This document shows positions 11,687-21,060 of a stretch of DNA of 64,000 nucleotides, piece by piece (position 1 is the first letter of the stretch; every line of letters begins with the position of its first letter). This stretch comes from an uncultured Gemmatimonadales bacterium. Lineage in GTDB: Bacteria > Gemmatimonadota > Gemmatimonadetes > Gemmatimonadales > Gemmatimonadaceae. The notes beneath the pieces were generated by a model that did not search any database, had not been told where the DNA came from, and worked only from the letters and a program-made list of their open reading frames with translations. The position numbers and the translations under genes are program-made. Location of the stretch: NCBI GenBank assembly GCA_963707505.1, contig CAVPQB010000004.1:1312001-1376000 (forward strand). The letters run 5' to 3'.

Positions 11687-12075
11687 CAGACGTGCAGCGG
11701 TGCAGCGTCCGCGTTGGTGTTTCCGTGCACCACGGTGAGCAGAAAGACGCAACCGTCCTTCGATGATGCCGCATGCTCCACTCCGCCTGCGAAAACGAGG
11801 ACATCTCCCTTGACGAGATGATACTCGGAATCGATCGCACGAAAGGTTATCTCGCCGTCAGTCACGTGAACCGTGACCGGATTGTCGGCGCTGTGTGCCG
11901 GGAGATCGCCGCCGGGCGGCAACGCCATCAATACAAGGCGAAGCGGGCCTTCCTTCACGAGAGTGCGCGCAGTCCGGTCGCGCTGCGCGAGAAGCTCACG
12001 GTCGATTATGAGCTCATCCTGCGACAGATGATGGACGAGAACCTCACCTTCGATCGTTCTGGTCATCGACGACAT
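11686..12075 (-). CDS. Cupin-domain protein
   Basis: ARTLVKEGPLRLVL, LPAHSA..VTVHV..GEI, GVEH. Confidence 0.8.
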   Translation of the reverse strand: MSSMTRTIEGEVLVHHLSQDELIIDRELLAQRDRTARTLVKEGPLRLVLMALPPGGDLPAHSADNPVTVHVTDGEITFRAIDSEYHLVKGDVLVFAGGVEHAASSKDGCVFLLTVVHGNTNADAAPLHV

Positions 12076-12141
12076 GGGTGCTCCGTGAAAGATGGCGCAG
12101 GCGCGCCGGCCATTGTAATGAATGCCCGGGTGAATTGCTTG

Positions 12142-13323
12142 TCAATCACCGGCAACACACTCGCGAACAAACGCGCGGGTCTCCCCTGCGACGCGATCCC
12201 AGTTGTAATGCGACTCCACCGCTGCGCGTCCGGCCGAGCCCATCCGCGAGCGAAGTTGCGTATCCCGGAGAATGCTTCCGATCGCGGCAGTGGCCGCCCC
12301 AACATCAGTCGGATCCACGACGAAACCCGTCTCCCCATCGCGGACGGCCGCACGCACTCCGCCGGAGTCACCGCCAACAACCGGAATTCCGCTCGCGCCT
12401 GCCTCGACGAACGAAATTCCGAATCCCTCGACATTGATCTCATTGTCGAGACGTGAAAGACCGACGTAAACAGTGGACGTCGCATAGGCATCGGCGAGAC
12501 CATCGTCGCTCATCTGTCCGACAAAGTGAACCCGGTCGGCAACACGCAACGTCTCCGCGAGCGAGCGCAAGCGGGATTCGTCGTCGCCTGTTCCGACTAT
12601 CGCGTAATGCAGCGTCGGAAATTCCGGCTGCAACGCCGCGAGCGCCTTGATCGCAACATCCTGTCCCTTATGTGGAACAAGGCGCGCCACTGATAACATG
12701 ATGAGGGCATCGCTGAGCGCCAGCTGAGTGCGCAGGCGGCCGCTGTCAGCCGACGGCGAGAACCGCAGAGGGTCCGTCCCGAGATCGATCGCTGCAACGG
12801 GCGGCGGACTTGTGATTCCGATCTCTCCCATGATGTCGCGCGTGAGCGACGCCGACCATTCGGAATTGGCGACGATCCCGGCTGCGTCGCTCAGCAGACG
12901 GTACGCACTTATCCGTTTGCTCCAGTGTGCCGCAGTCTTCCGTCGCTCGCGCAGCAGGTCTCCGCCGTTCACGTATATCACGTATGGGACCGCTGTCCGT
13001 TTGTGCGCCCACCATACTGCGTAACCCACGGGACGAATCTCCCCGCAGTGAATCACGTCGATGCCGGTTGTGCAGCGCCGCGCAAGCCAGCGCCCCCAAC
13101 GTATCTCGTTCGCGAACAACTTCGCCGATGAGAACGGAAATTCCTGCCGGTCGACGTGGTACGCTTCCCGAGCATCGAGCGCCGCAGAATCATCGCACGC
13201 GACTGTGGACACATCCATCGGCTCACCGTACCGACGAACCAGCTCCGCGTGCCGTCGCGCCATTCCGCCGCCGATGGGGGGGAAGTTCTGCGTTACGAAA
13301 ACATTGGTTAGCGGTTCCGTCAT
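12142..13323 (-). CDS. Glycosyltransferase family 4
   Basis: NFPPIGGG, SVARLVPHKG, EGFGISFVEAGASG. Confidence 0.92.
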   Translation of the reverse strand: MTEPLTNVFVTQNFPPIGGGMARRHAELVRRYGEPMDVSTVACDDSAALDAREAYHVDRQEFPFSSAKLFANEIRWGRWLARRCTTGIDVIHCGEIRPVGYAVWWAHKRTAVPYVIYVNGGDLLRERRKTAAHWSKRISAYRLLSDAAGIVANSEWSASLTRDIMGEIGITSPPPVAAIDLGTDPLRFSPSADSGRLRTQLALSDALIMLSVARLVPHKGQDVAIKALAALQPEFPTLHYAIVGTGDDESRLRSLAETLRVADRVHFVGQMSDDGLADAYATSTVYVGLSRLDNEINVEGFGISFVEAGASGIPVVGGDSGGVRAAVRDGETGFVVDPTDVGAATAAIGSILRDTQLRSRMGSAGRAAVESHYNWDRVAGETRAFVRECVAGD

Positions 13324-14483
13324 CCAGCGGTGCGCTGCTGGAACCCGAGATCGGAGTGCTGCATCGCGTCACGGTCGGATGGCAGCTCGCACAGCCGCAG
13401 CACCGCGGGCAAAACCTCTTCCACACCCAACCGCGAGATCGTGTCCCCGCTCCAGCATATCACCTCGCCACCAACGTCCCACGGTGCGTACGGCCAGCAG
13501 TCGCCTCGAAGCAATACCACTGCGGGTTTGTTGAACGCACTTGCGGCGTGCGAGATGCTGGTGTCCGGCGTGAAGACGTGGTCACTCGTCGCAACCAGGG
13601 CCAGCGCATCACGCAGCTCGGGCGTTTCTGTCGCCTCCCCGTTTACTGCCCTCGCAACCGTCGTCACGCTCTCCCAATCATCGGGAAGTCCGATCACGAC
13701 GATCGGCATGGCGGGATGCGCATCGCGGGCAGCGCGAAGTACTGTCACGAAGCGATCGTCGGGCCACCGGCGCTTCTGCTCGGATGCCGACAGATTCACC
13801 AACAACCGAGACTCGCACGAGATCGTGCGCACGCAATCGGAGCCCAGTCGTGCCTCCGCGCGTCTCCACGCGCCTTCGGCGCCATCCATCTCCTCACGGG
13901 ATAGAAACAACTGCGGACGCCAGTCGAATCGATCGACGTCCACGCCGAAAGGTTCTGCGAGCGCCCGTGAGCCGTCTATATAGTGTTCGCGTCTGTCGTA
14001 TGGCTGCACGCGAACGTTGTAGATGAGATCATTGTTGCCGCCACCAACGCCGACACGATACTTCGCCCGAGCAGCGAGCATGAGCAACGGAGTCGAAGTG
14101 AACGTTTTGGGATTGTTGATGCGGCCATCCACGATCACGTCGTAATGCTCGGCCGCCAGCTCGCGGGCGAGCGTGCGATAGCTGCGCCAGCTTTTCCGAT
14201 CCAGCGTGAAGACCCGGCGTACGTAGGGATTGCGATCAAGTACCGGGGACGTGTTGGGCGCCGCTACGACGTCCAGAGTAACAAATGGGGACGACTGAGC
14301 CAGGGCTCGTATCATTCCCGTGGCCATGATCATGTCGCCGATACGCTCATACCTCAGAAATAGTACCTTGAGCGGGCGCGATTTGACGTCCGGAAGCGTG
14401 GTCTCACGCCGTCCGGGGAGCAGCCGGGCTATGCCGCGCATCCACGCAAGACGCCATGCACGCTCGACGCCTCTCAACTCCAT
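13320..14483 (-). CDS. Glycosyltransferase family 9 (heptosyltransferase-like)
   Basis: RIGDMIM, KRRWP, TPDTSISHAASA. Confidence 0.88.
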   Translation of the reverse strand: MELRGVERAWRLAWMRGIARLLPGRRETTLPDVKSRPLKVLFLRYERIGDMIMATGMIRALAQSSPFVTLDVVAAPNTSPVLDRNPYVRRVFTLDRKSWRSYRTLARELAAEHYDVIVDGRINNPKTFTSTPLLMLAARAKYRVGVGGGNNDLIYNVRVQPYDRREHYIDGSRALAEPFGVDVDRFDWRPQLFLSREEMDGAEGAWRRAEARLGSDCVRTISCESRLLVNLSASEQKRRWPDDRFVTVLRAARDAHPAMPIVVIGLPDDWESVTTVARAVNGEATETPELRDALALVATSDHVFTPDTSISHAASAFNKPAVVLLRGDCWPYAPWDVGGEVICWSGDTISRLGVEEVLPAVLRLCELPSDRDAMQHSDLGFQQRTAG

Positions 14484-14620
14484 CTACTGCACTCCTGTGG
14501 CCTCAATCGATCCTCTGACGACGCATCGACGATGCCATTGCCGCGCACCGCGACTCCGGACGCGCGACCGGCGACTACAACCAAACATCGCCAAACATCG
14601 TATGAGTGATAGCGTACTTA

Positions 14621-14706
14621 TGCCCAGAGCGAGACTCGAACTCGCACGATCATCGCTGATCGGGGGATTTTGAGTCCCCTGCGTCTACCGATTCCGCCAT
14701 CCGGGC
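14621..14706 (-). tRNA. tRNA-Leu(CAA), CCA not encoded
   Basis: GCCCGGA/TCTGGGC acceptor stem, D arm TGGCGGAATCGGTAGACGC, anticodon arm GGGGA-CTCAAAA-TCCCC, long variable arm and GTTCGAGT T loop. Confidence 0.96.
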
Positions 14707-14715
14707 CGACCGGCA

Positions 14716-14744
14716 AATTTACCCGTTTCACTCTTAGCGTACAA
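14716..14744 (-). promoter_or_regulatory. Candidate sigma70 promoter of tRNA-Leu
   Basis: TTGTAC-17 nt-TAAATT ending 9 nt before the tRNA 5' end. Confidence 0.55.
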
Positions 14745-14950
14745 CCGACACACCGAAACGAAAAACTCTCGTGTTCCGTTCCTGCGGCTTCCATCCAGCG
14801 CATCAGTTGGTGGCTTGGACACAGCACCCTGCAGCAGATGATAATCGACAGCGATCGGTGAGGACTACATCCCGAACGATTCCGCGGCCAGGGACGTGGC
14901 CGGAGCGCAACATGGCCTCCGGCTCGATGCCGCTCTGACCCCTCCTGTCC

Positions 14951-15826
14951 CTACGGAATGGTGATCGGCAGCACCATTCCATGCGCGAAGTGCGGTTTTC
15001 CGTCACCCGTATCGAATACGAAGCACAGCAGCATGTAATTGCCAGACGTGAGTTCGGCAGTGAAATACGCTGGGCCGGCCGCCGGTGAAATGATCGCGAC
15101 TCCGCCAAGCGCGGCGCGGGGCGGCGGACCGTTCTGCGCCTGCAACCACGCAAGCATGTCCGCCGCGGTCTTTCCCGGCGCCAGTCGAATCAGCTCCAGC
15201 TCGTGTGGCTGTTCGTCCGGGTTGACCACCTTGAACGTGTGAGTTCCGGCCGTAAGAGGCGCCGATAGCTTGAATGCATAGTTATCCATCGTCACGGTCT
15301 CGTCGGCGACCGGCGCAGCGGCGGTTCGTGACGTGGAGCCAGAGGCAGTCACCGTGAGTGGCTGTATCATCCCTTTCAGGAAGTGCGGGATACCACCCGG
15401 CACATTGACGACGCAGAGAATGGCGTAGTTGCCGGCAGCCAGGTTCAGTGTGGCGTTTCCGGTCAGTCCCGGATCTACTGCGTTGGGGCCTCCGAGCTGT
15501 ACTACCCACCCTGGCAAGCTCCCGGGCAGGTTCAGCGCCGCCTTGAGATCCGTCATCGTCCTTCCGCTGTCCAGTCGGACGATCTGCGCCTGATGCAGCG
15601 CCGGCCCGTCATTGACGAAGTTGAGGGTGGTCATGCCGGCCGGTATCGTGGCTGGCGCGTCGTACGAGAAATCGGCCCCGTGAATCGTTACGACGTTGGC
15701 CACCGGCGCGGGACCGGCCGCATCGCTGCTGCACGCACCGCCAGCCAGCACCGCCGCGGCGATTGCAACAGCTGCTGCCGATGCCGCTATCTTGTAGCGG
15801 AATTGCTGCCTGAACGAGCCTTTCAT
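14951..15826 (-). CDS. Lipoprotein with two tandem cupredoxin-like domains
   Basis: Lipobox-like LAGGAC. Two repeats each carry an upstream His plus C-x9/10-H-x4-M (LCVVNVPGGIPHFLKGM and LCFVFDTGDGKPHFAHGM). Confidence 0.72.
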   Translation of the reverse strand: MKGSFRQQFRYKIAASAAAVAIAAAVLAGGACSSDAAGPAPVANVVTIHGADFSYDAPATIPAGMTTLNFVNDGPALHQAQIVRLDSGRTMTDLKAALNLPGSLPGWVVQLGGPNAVDPGLTGNATLNLAAGNYAILCVVNVPGGIPHFLKGMIQPLTVTASGSTSRTAAAPVADETVTMDNYAFKLSAPLTAGTHTFKVVNPDEQPHELELIRLAPGKTAADMLAWLQAQNGPPPRAALGGVAIISPAAGPAYFTAELTSGNYMLLCFVFDTGDGKPHFAHGMVLPITIP

Positions 15827-15877
15827 GATCGACTCCGGTTTGTGGTTTTACTACGCTGGCGGCACGCTCGCGCCTTT

Positions 15878-15895
15878 ATGGCACTGTAGTGTCAT
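15878..15895. promoter_or_regulatory. Imperfect palindrome, candidate TetR operator
   Basis: ATGGCACTGTAGTGTCAT (14 of 18 positions symmetric) in the AT-rich divergent gap. Confidence 0.45.
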
Positions 15896-15920
15896 TATGC
15901 CCTAGTATTATACTTATCGA

Positions 15921-16598
15921 ATGACGTTGTCAAGAGCCGTGTCCGAAACACCCGAAACGCCTGCCGCGCCTGCCGGGCCAACCGGGCGCGAGCGTCAGAA
16001 AGGACGCACCCGCAAGGCGCTACTCGCAGCCGCGATAGATCTGCTCGCGGCAGGGCAAACGCCGTCGATAACCGAAGTCGCCGACGCGGCGGAGATCTCG
16101 CGCCGCACGGCGTATCGTTACTTCCCGACGCAGGAACAGCTGCTGGTCGAAGCAGCGCTCGAAGGTCTTCGTCCGGGCATTGTAGACGCGGTCGAGACAC
16201 CGGATAGCGGTCAGCCAGACGACGTCGCGGCGCGGCTGGATCGTACGGTGCTCGCGCTTCAGCGCGGAGCCGTGGCCAATGAACAGCTTCTGCGAACGAT
16301 GATCCGCCTCACCGTTTCGCGCCAACCGTCCACCGATGATGGCGGCGTCACCGAGCCGCGGAGGGGCTATCGCCGGATCGAATGGATCGAGCTCGCGCTC
16401 GCACCGGTGCGAAAGGAGTTGGGAAGGAAGCGCTACGAGCGTCTCGTCAGCGCCCTCACTGTGTGTCTTGGTATCGACGCGTTGATCGTCCTGCGCGATT
16501 TACGCGGACTGTCCGAGGCCGAAGCGGAAGCGGTTTCGCTGTGGACCGCGCGCGCTTTACTGCGAGCCAGTCTTGCCGAGAAGTCCGGGGGATTTTGA
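15921..16598 (+). CDS. TetR/AcrR-family regulator
   Basis: RTRKALLAAA..SITEVADAAEISRRTAYRYFPT HTH. Confidence 0.92.
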   Translation: MTLSRAVSETPETPAAPAGPTGRERQKGRTRKALLAAAIDLLAAGQTPSITEVADAAEISRRTAYRYFPTQEQLLVEAALEGLRPGIVDAVETPDSGQPDDVAARLDRTVLALQRGAVANEQLLRTMIRLTVSRQPSTDDGGVTEPRRGYRRIEWIELALAPVRKELGRKRYERLVSALTVCLGIDALIVLRDLRGLSEAEAEAVSLWTARALLRASLAEKSGGF

Positions 16599-16631
16599 GT
16601 CCCCCGCAGCCATCGATTCGACCGTCAGGGC
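16586..16631 (-). repeat. Decayed copy of the tRNA-Leu 5' half (att-like direct repeat of 14661-14706)
   Basis: 37 of 46 identical without gaps, including a perfect 19-mer CGGGGGATTTTGAGTCCCC (16586-16604 = 14661-14679). Confidence 0.85.
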
Positions 16632-17830
16632 TGAGTATCCTGCCGCGACACATGCAACTCTGTCGATAGCCGGCCGCGCGGTTTCACTGGAGCCCCAAAT
16701 AGCTGTTCCCGTCTCACTCCGTCCGGCGCTCGGCCCACAAACCTGAGTACGCGCATCGACTGAATCTCGGTCGCAACGAACGCCCTGCTGTCGGGTGCAG
16801 GAGTGCTGTATCGTTGCGTCGATGAAATCGTATCCGGAAGCGCGATTCTCGGCAGTACTTCACGATACGTCGTTCTCACCTCCAGATGGCCATAGCCAGG
16901 CGCTACGTTGCCCGCGTGGGTAAGTCGCACCACGGCGCTCCGCACGACGAACGTGAGGCTGTCCAGCGTCACCGTGCCCTCGACATCGGGCGCAGTGAGC
17001 GTCGCGAGCGGACGGAAGTTGATGTCATAGTTACCCGATTCGGCGACGCCGTAATCGAAGCAGTGAGTTGCAAGAAAGGTGCTGTCCGCGAAGTCGAGAG
17101 TCGATGGCAGTCGCATGCGCTCCCACGCGCCGCGCGGATCGGTCCGGTCGGTGAAGATTGTATTTCCGCGCCCGTACGGCATGAGCGCGTCGCTGCGATA
17201 GCCAAGTGTGTCGATCACCGAGAGCGCAGAGTCCGGTGAGCCAACGGGGGTGCTGGTCTGCACGTCCTCGACTGTGTACTCGAACGGATATGACCGTCTG
17301 AGCAGCAGCTCGCGGTCCGCATTCTGACGCACATCCGCCATGAACTCGCCGAGTATCGGAGTGGCGGTGCTATCGACGCCGGGAGTAGTGCACGTCTGCG
17401 GTGCGCGCACCATGACGTCGGTGAGCTTGATCGTCACCGCCTTCATGACGACGACGAGCGTGGACGGTGGTGAGCGCTCGGAAATATCAACCGCGGTATC
17501 ATGCGCCGCGAAGCCTAGCTGGCGGACGAGAACGTGATATCGTCCGGCCGCGACCTTGAAGGAGAAATGGCCCGCTTCGTCCGCAAAATGCCGCGCGTGC
17601 GCTTCCACGAGCTCGACGCTGCTGTACGGCGCAGGCGAAGTGGAATCCTGACGCACGATCGTGCCGCGGAAGATGATCGTCGTCGGAGCCGGCGCGGGAT
17701 GCGTGTGTGCGCGCTGCGCGAGCGACGGAGTGGCCACGCCGCACAACGCCGCGGACGCGCCGAGCACAGCGGCGAGCACAGCGGCGAGGGATCTACGGGG
17801 GCGATCCGAACCCGTACGTACGAACGTCAC
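16625..17830 (-). CDS. Secreted protein with a carboxypeptidase-regulatory-like N-terminal domain
   Basis: Signal peptide; GTIV..PAPYSSV..ADEAGHFSF..GRYHVLVRQLGF. Confidence 0.65.
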   Translation of the reverse strand: MTFVRTGSDRPRRSLAAVLAAVLGASAALCGVATPSLAQRAHTHPAPAPTTIIFRGTIVRQDSTSPAPYSSVELVEAHARHFADEAGHFSFKVAAGRYHVLVRQLGFAAHDTAVDISERSPPSTLVVVMKAVTIKLTDVMVRAPQTCTTPGVDSTATPILGEFMADVRQNADRELLLRRSYPFEYTVEDVQTSTPVGSPDSALSVIDTLGYRSDALMPYGRGNTIFTDRTDPRGAWERMRLPSTLDFADSTFLATHCFDYGVAESGNYDINFRPLATLTAPDVEGTVTLDSLTFVVRSAVVRLTHAGNVAPGYGHLEVRTTYREVLPRIALPDTISSTQRYSTPAPDSRAFVATEIQSMRVLRFVGRAPDGVRREQLFGAPVKPRGRLSTELHVSRQDTQP

Positions 17831-17840
17831 GCACTCACCG

Positions 17841-18998
17841 TCACTTCACTAGAATGACTCGCTGCAGCAAGCCGGGTGTGGTTCCAATGGTTCCACCGGG
17901 GTCGTTAGCGATGGTGAAGTGTCCGGTGATCACTCCATTGGGCGTGCCGGTGAGCGGTGGATAGTCGATCACCGCGGCGCCGATCGTTACGACCTTGTAG
18001 CAGACATTCGTACCCGTCGTCTGGCCGGAGCAGCCGCTGCCATCCGTTGCGGGCTTGTCTCTCGGGTACGTTGCTCCGGGATCGGTAGTCGGATCATCGT
18101 ACAACGCGAATTTCATCGTGCACGGCGTGTTGTTCGTGCAGAACGTCTTTACTCCCTGTTTCGTCTGGCCGACGATGTTACCGGTCTGAACGTCGACGTT
18201 GTCTCCTGCGCCGATTGCATAGGCTTCGCTGCAGTTGGCCGCAAGTTCGTTGCCATATGTGTTGCCGCCACGATCACCGGGCTGCAATCCGATGATGTTG
18301 AAGCTCCCGGGTGTATTGGCCGTGTTGGGACAAGTCGCGTGGCCAGTCGATCCGTCCTTGAGGCAGAAGATCAGCTGCGACGCATTGTTGTGCAGCGTGG
18401 TGTAATCGATTCCGTCCAGCACGCGCAGAGGATTGCGCGCAACGCCGCCGCGGAAGGGATCGAGTGCGGCCAGAAGCAGCGAATAGTCAACTGCGAGCGG
18501 CTTGATGCACGTCGTCTTATCCACTGTCGGAGCGACCCATGCTGCAGCCACGGCAGCGACATTTCCGTTGGTCGCGTTGAGAAGCGTAGCGAATACATAG
18601 CTCGTCGGATCGCTGCCCGTGACCTGCACCGCGTTGTCGGTCGAAACGCACGGAAGCGCGTGTGGCGAGCCTGCGTGCCACGTGTTTGGTGTCGCCCCAT
18701 TGACTGGCAGGCCATCCCACTGACCGCACGTGACCTCCCCGACAACGAGCGACGCGCTGTTCGTCAGTATGCGGTTCCTGTTTCCGGTAGCAACGGCGGA
18801 ATCAGCCACATGATTCGTAGTCACCGAGAGCTGCACTGCACCCGACAGCGCCGCGGCATCCGATGCCGTCTGAAGCTCGTTCTTCTGCACGTACACCCGA
18901 CTCAGGTCTATCACGAACGCAAGCATGAGCACCAGTGTGGCGACCGCAAATGCGGCCAGAATCATGATCGCACCCCTTCTGCTCTTCAAGCTCGGCAT
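17841..18998 (-). CDS. TadG-like pseudopilin/adhesin, paralog 2
   Basis: RRGAIMILAAF, hydrophobic segment, DLSRVYVQKNELQTASDAAALSGA, Cys-rich C-terminus. Confidence 0.8.
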   Translation of the reverse strand: MPSLKSRRGAIMILAAFAVATLVLMLAFVIDLSRVYVQKNELQTASDAAALSGAVQLSVTTNHVADSAVATGNRNRILTNSASLVVGEVTCGQWDGLPVNGATPNTWHAGSPHALPCVSTDNAVQVTGSDPTSYVFATLLNATNGNVAAVAAAWVAPTVDKTTCIKPLAVDYSLLLAALDPFRGGVARNPLRVLDGIDYTTLHNNASQLIFCLKDGSTGHATCPNTANTPGSFNIIGLQPGDRGGNTYGNELAANCSEAYAIGAGDNVDVQTGNIVGQTKQGVKTFCTNNTPCTMKFALYDDPTTDPGATYPRDKPATDGSGCSGQTTGTNVCYKVVTIGAAVIDYPPLTGTPNGVITGHFTIANDPGGTIGTTPGLLQRVILVK

Positions 18999-19031
18999 GA
19001 GGCCTCCGATGCGGCCCGGGTAATCGAACCG

Positions 19032-20102
19032 CTACTGAACCAGAACGAGGCGCACGAGCGTTCCATACTTCGTTCCGATCGCACCCTCATCGATCACGCG
19101 AACGAAATGTCCGGTGATCTCGGATCCCTTGTTACTCACATGATCGAGGGAGAAGCCCGCGATCATTCGTATTGTGACGGGATACTTGCCACTCGATTTT
19201 CCGCCAACAAGATCAAACAGCGGAACCTTGACGACCACACCAACAGATCCATCTGCGTTGTTGCATGCGTACGTTGGAGGGTTGCCACCACACATTCCCG
19301 GCTGATTACACAGGATGCAGACGTTGGAGCGCGTGGGGCCGGCCATGTTTCCCGTCTCCGTGTCGATGACATCGCCGGGTCCCAGTACGACAGGATAACA
19401 CGTATTGATGTAAGTGCCGTATGCATTCGCACCGTTGCCGAAGTCCATCGCGCCGAAATTGCCGCCGGACGGAGATGGGGGTGCGCCCTGTTTCAACGTG
19501 ACGGTCAGCTGCGATGCGGGAAGCGTGGCGAGCTGCACCAGGTCGGCGGCTGTGAGATCCCTGCTCGGCGATGCGGAGGGATTGAGCCGCGTCGTGAGCT
19601 CGGAGTAGAACATCCCCCACGGCTTTACACAGTTGGAGCTGGTGACCTGCGGTGCCGCCCAGGCCACCGCGATTGTGTGAACCTGTTGCGCCGCAGCTCC
19701 CAGGACTGCTTGAAACAGGTAGCTGGTCGGATCGCTTCCGGATACCTGCACGGCGTTATCCGCTGCGGTACAGGGCAACGTGTGCGGCGATCCGGAACCC
19801 CAGCCGTTCGTAGTCCCGTCCCACACGCCGCACCGGACGCTGGATGCGGGGAAAGTGGTCGCGCGCCCCAGTACAACATTCCGAACACCTGCTGCGCTCG
19901 CAACGGCAGCGACCTGCGACGGATCTATCAGCAGTTGAATCGCGGACGCGTGCGCCGCAGCATCGGTTCCCGTCTGGAGCTCGTTCTTCTGCACCAGCAT
20001 GCGGCTGACGTCGATGACGAACGCGAGCATGATCACGAGCACCACCATCGTGAACGCGGCAAGTACGAGTATCGCCCCCTTTCTGTTCTTCAGTCCGGGC
20101 AT
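19032..20102 (-). CDS. TadG-like pseudopilin/adhesin, paralog 1
   Basis: RKGAILVLAAF..DVSRMLVQKNELQTGTDAAA, collinear with 17841-18998. Confidence 0.8.
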   Translation of the reverse strand: MPGLKNRKGAILVLAAFTMVVLVIMLAFVIDVSRMLVQKNELQTGTDAAAHASAIQLLIDPSQVAAVASAAGVRNVVLGRATTFPASSVRCGVWDGTTNGWGSGSPHTLPCTAADNAVQVSGSDPTSYLFQAVLGAAAQQVHTIAVAWAAPQVTSSNCVKPWGMFYSELTTRLNPSASPSRDLTAADLVQLATLPASQLTVTLKQGAPPSPSGGNFGAMDFGNGANAYGTYINTCYPVVLGPGDVIDTETGNMAGPTRSNVCILCNQPGMCGGNPPTYACNNADGSVGVVVKVPLFDLVGGKSSGKYPVTIRMIAGFSLDHVSNKGSEITGHFVRVIDEGAIGTKYGTLVRLVLVQ

Positions 20103-20129
20103 GGGATTCTCATGGAAGTGTCGACGACG

Positions 20130-21044
20130 TTACTTCGCGAAAAGTTTCATCACGTTCATCGCAACCGGTCCCAATATCACTATAAAGATCGAGGGGAAGA
20201 TGAAGAGCCCGAGCGGCAACAACATCTTCACGGGCAGCGTAGCCGCCTTCTTCTCGGCGGCCTGGCGCCGCGCGCGGCGTAGCGTTTCCGAGTAGACGCG
20301 CAATACGCGTCCGCTACTCGTTCCCCATTTCTCACCCTGTATTATGTGCGACACGAGTGTTCTGATCTCGTGCACTCCCGTCCGTGTCCACAATCCGCGC
20401 AATGCGTCCTCGCGCGACATGCCAGCGTTGGTCTTGCGGTTCACGATCACCAGCTCGCTGGCGAGTTCTGGATGAACGCTGCCGAGCTCCCTCGCGACGC
20501 GCAGTATCGCCGCATCCAGACTTATTCCGGCCTCGATGCACACGACCAGCAAGTCGAGTGTATCAGGCAGCGATCGGCGGATCGTCTCCTGCCTCAAGCG
20601 CACCGCGCGTACCAGATACCAGACAGGAAGAAGCACGGCAACTATTGCGGCGGCGGCGGCATACATCACCATGCGCGCAAACGTCGGCTTGGGTGCCAGG
20701 AGCAGCACCAACACGGGTAACCCAACGAGCATTGCTACCCTTATTGCCGCATATGTGAGCGGCGCGGTGGCGGAGTCGTAACCAGCCTGCACGAGCGCGG
20801 TGTCGGTTTTCGCATTGTTGGCCCATGCCTCGGGAACGAACTCGGCGAGCACGCGTGTGAACGATCGCTTCGCACTCTGTGCGCCGGCTCCGAACAGCCT
20901 GCCGTACGGCGCGCTCTGTGTCTGGACGGCGGTGCGACCGATGATGCTGCGACGAGACCGATCGAGCAGATAGACGTACGCCGCGGCACCGAGCGATGCA
21001 ATGCCGAGAAAGACGAGGGCCGCAAGTGCCAGTGGAGTTGTCAT
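20130..21044 (-). CDS. tadC: Tad inner-membrane platform protein TadC
   Basis: LPDTLDLLVVCIEAGISLD, AEKKAATLPVKMLLPL. Confidence 0.9.
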   Translation of the reverse strand: MTTPLALAALVFLGIASLGAAAYVYLLDRSRRSIIGRTAVQTQSAPYGRLFGAGAQSAKRSFTRVLAEFVPEAWANNAKTDTALVQAGYDSATAPLTYAAIRVAMLVGLPVLVLLLAPKPTFARMVMYAAAAAIVAVLLPVWYLVRAVRLRQETIRRSLPDTLDLLVVCIEAGISLDAAILRVARELGSVHPELASELVIVNRKTNAGMSREDALRGLWTRTGVHEIRTLVSHIIQGEKWGTSSGRVLRVYSETLRRARRQAAEKKAATLPVKMLLPLGLFIFPSIFIVILGPVAMNVMKLFAK

Positions 21045-21060
21045 GTCGGATAGCTCCGCG

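Noticed and set aside
14581..14600. CCAAACATCG twice in tandem downstream of the tRNA
   Set aside because: Only two 10-nt units with no spacers or cas genes. Not a CRISPR array and no supportable function.
14707..16585. Active integrative element
   Set aside because: No integrase, transposase or replication gene is present, so it is at most a remnant.
16586..16631. Second functional or split tRNA gene
   Set aside because: No variable arm, T arm or 3' acceptor strand follows, and the D-arm and acceptor positions are mutated.
17919..20282. 787-aa plus-strand ORF
   Set aside because: Mirror frame of the two TadG-like genes, with no recognisable domain or SD.
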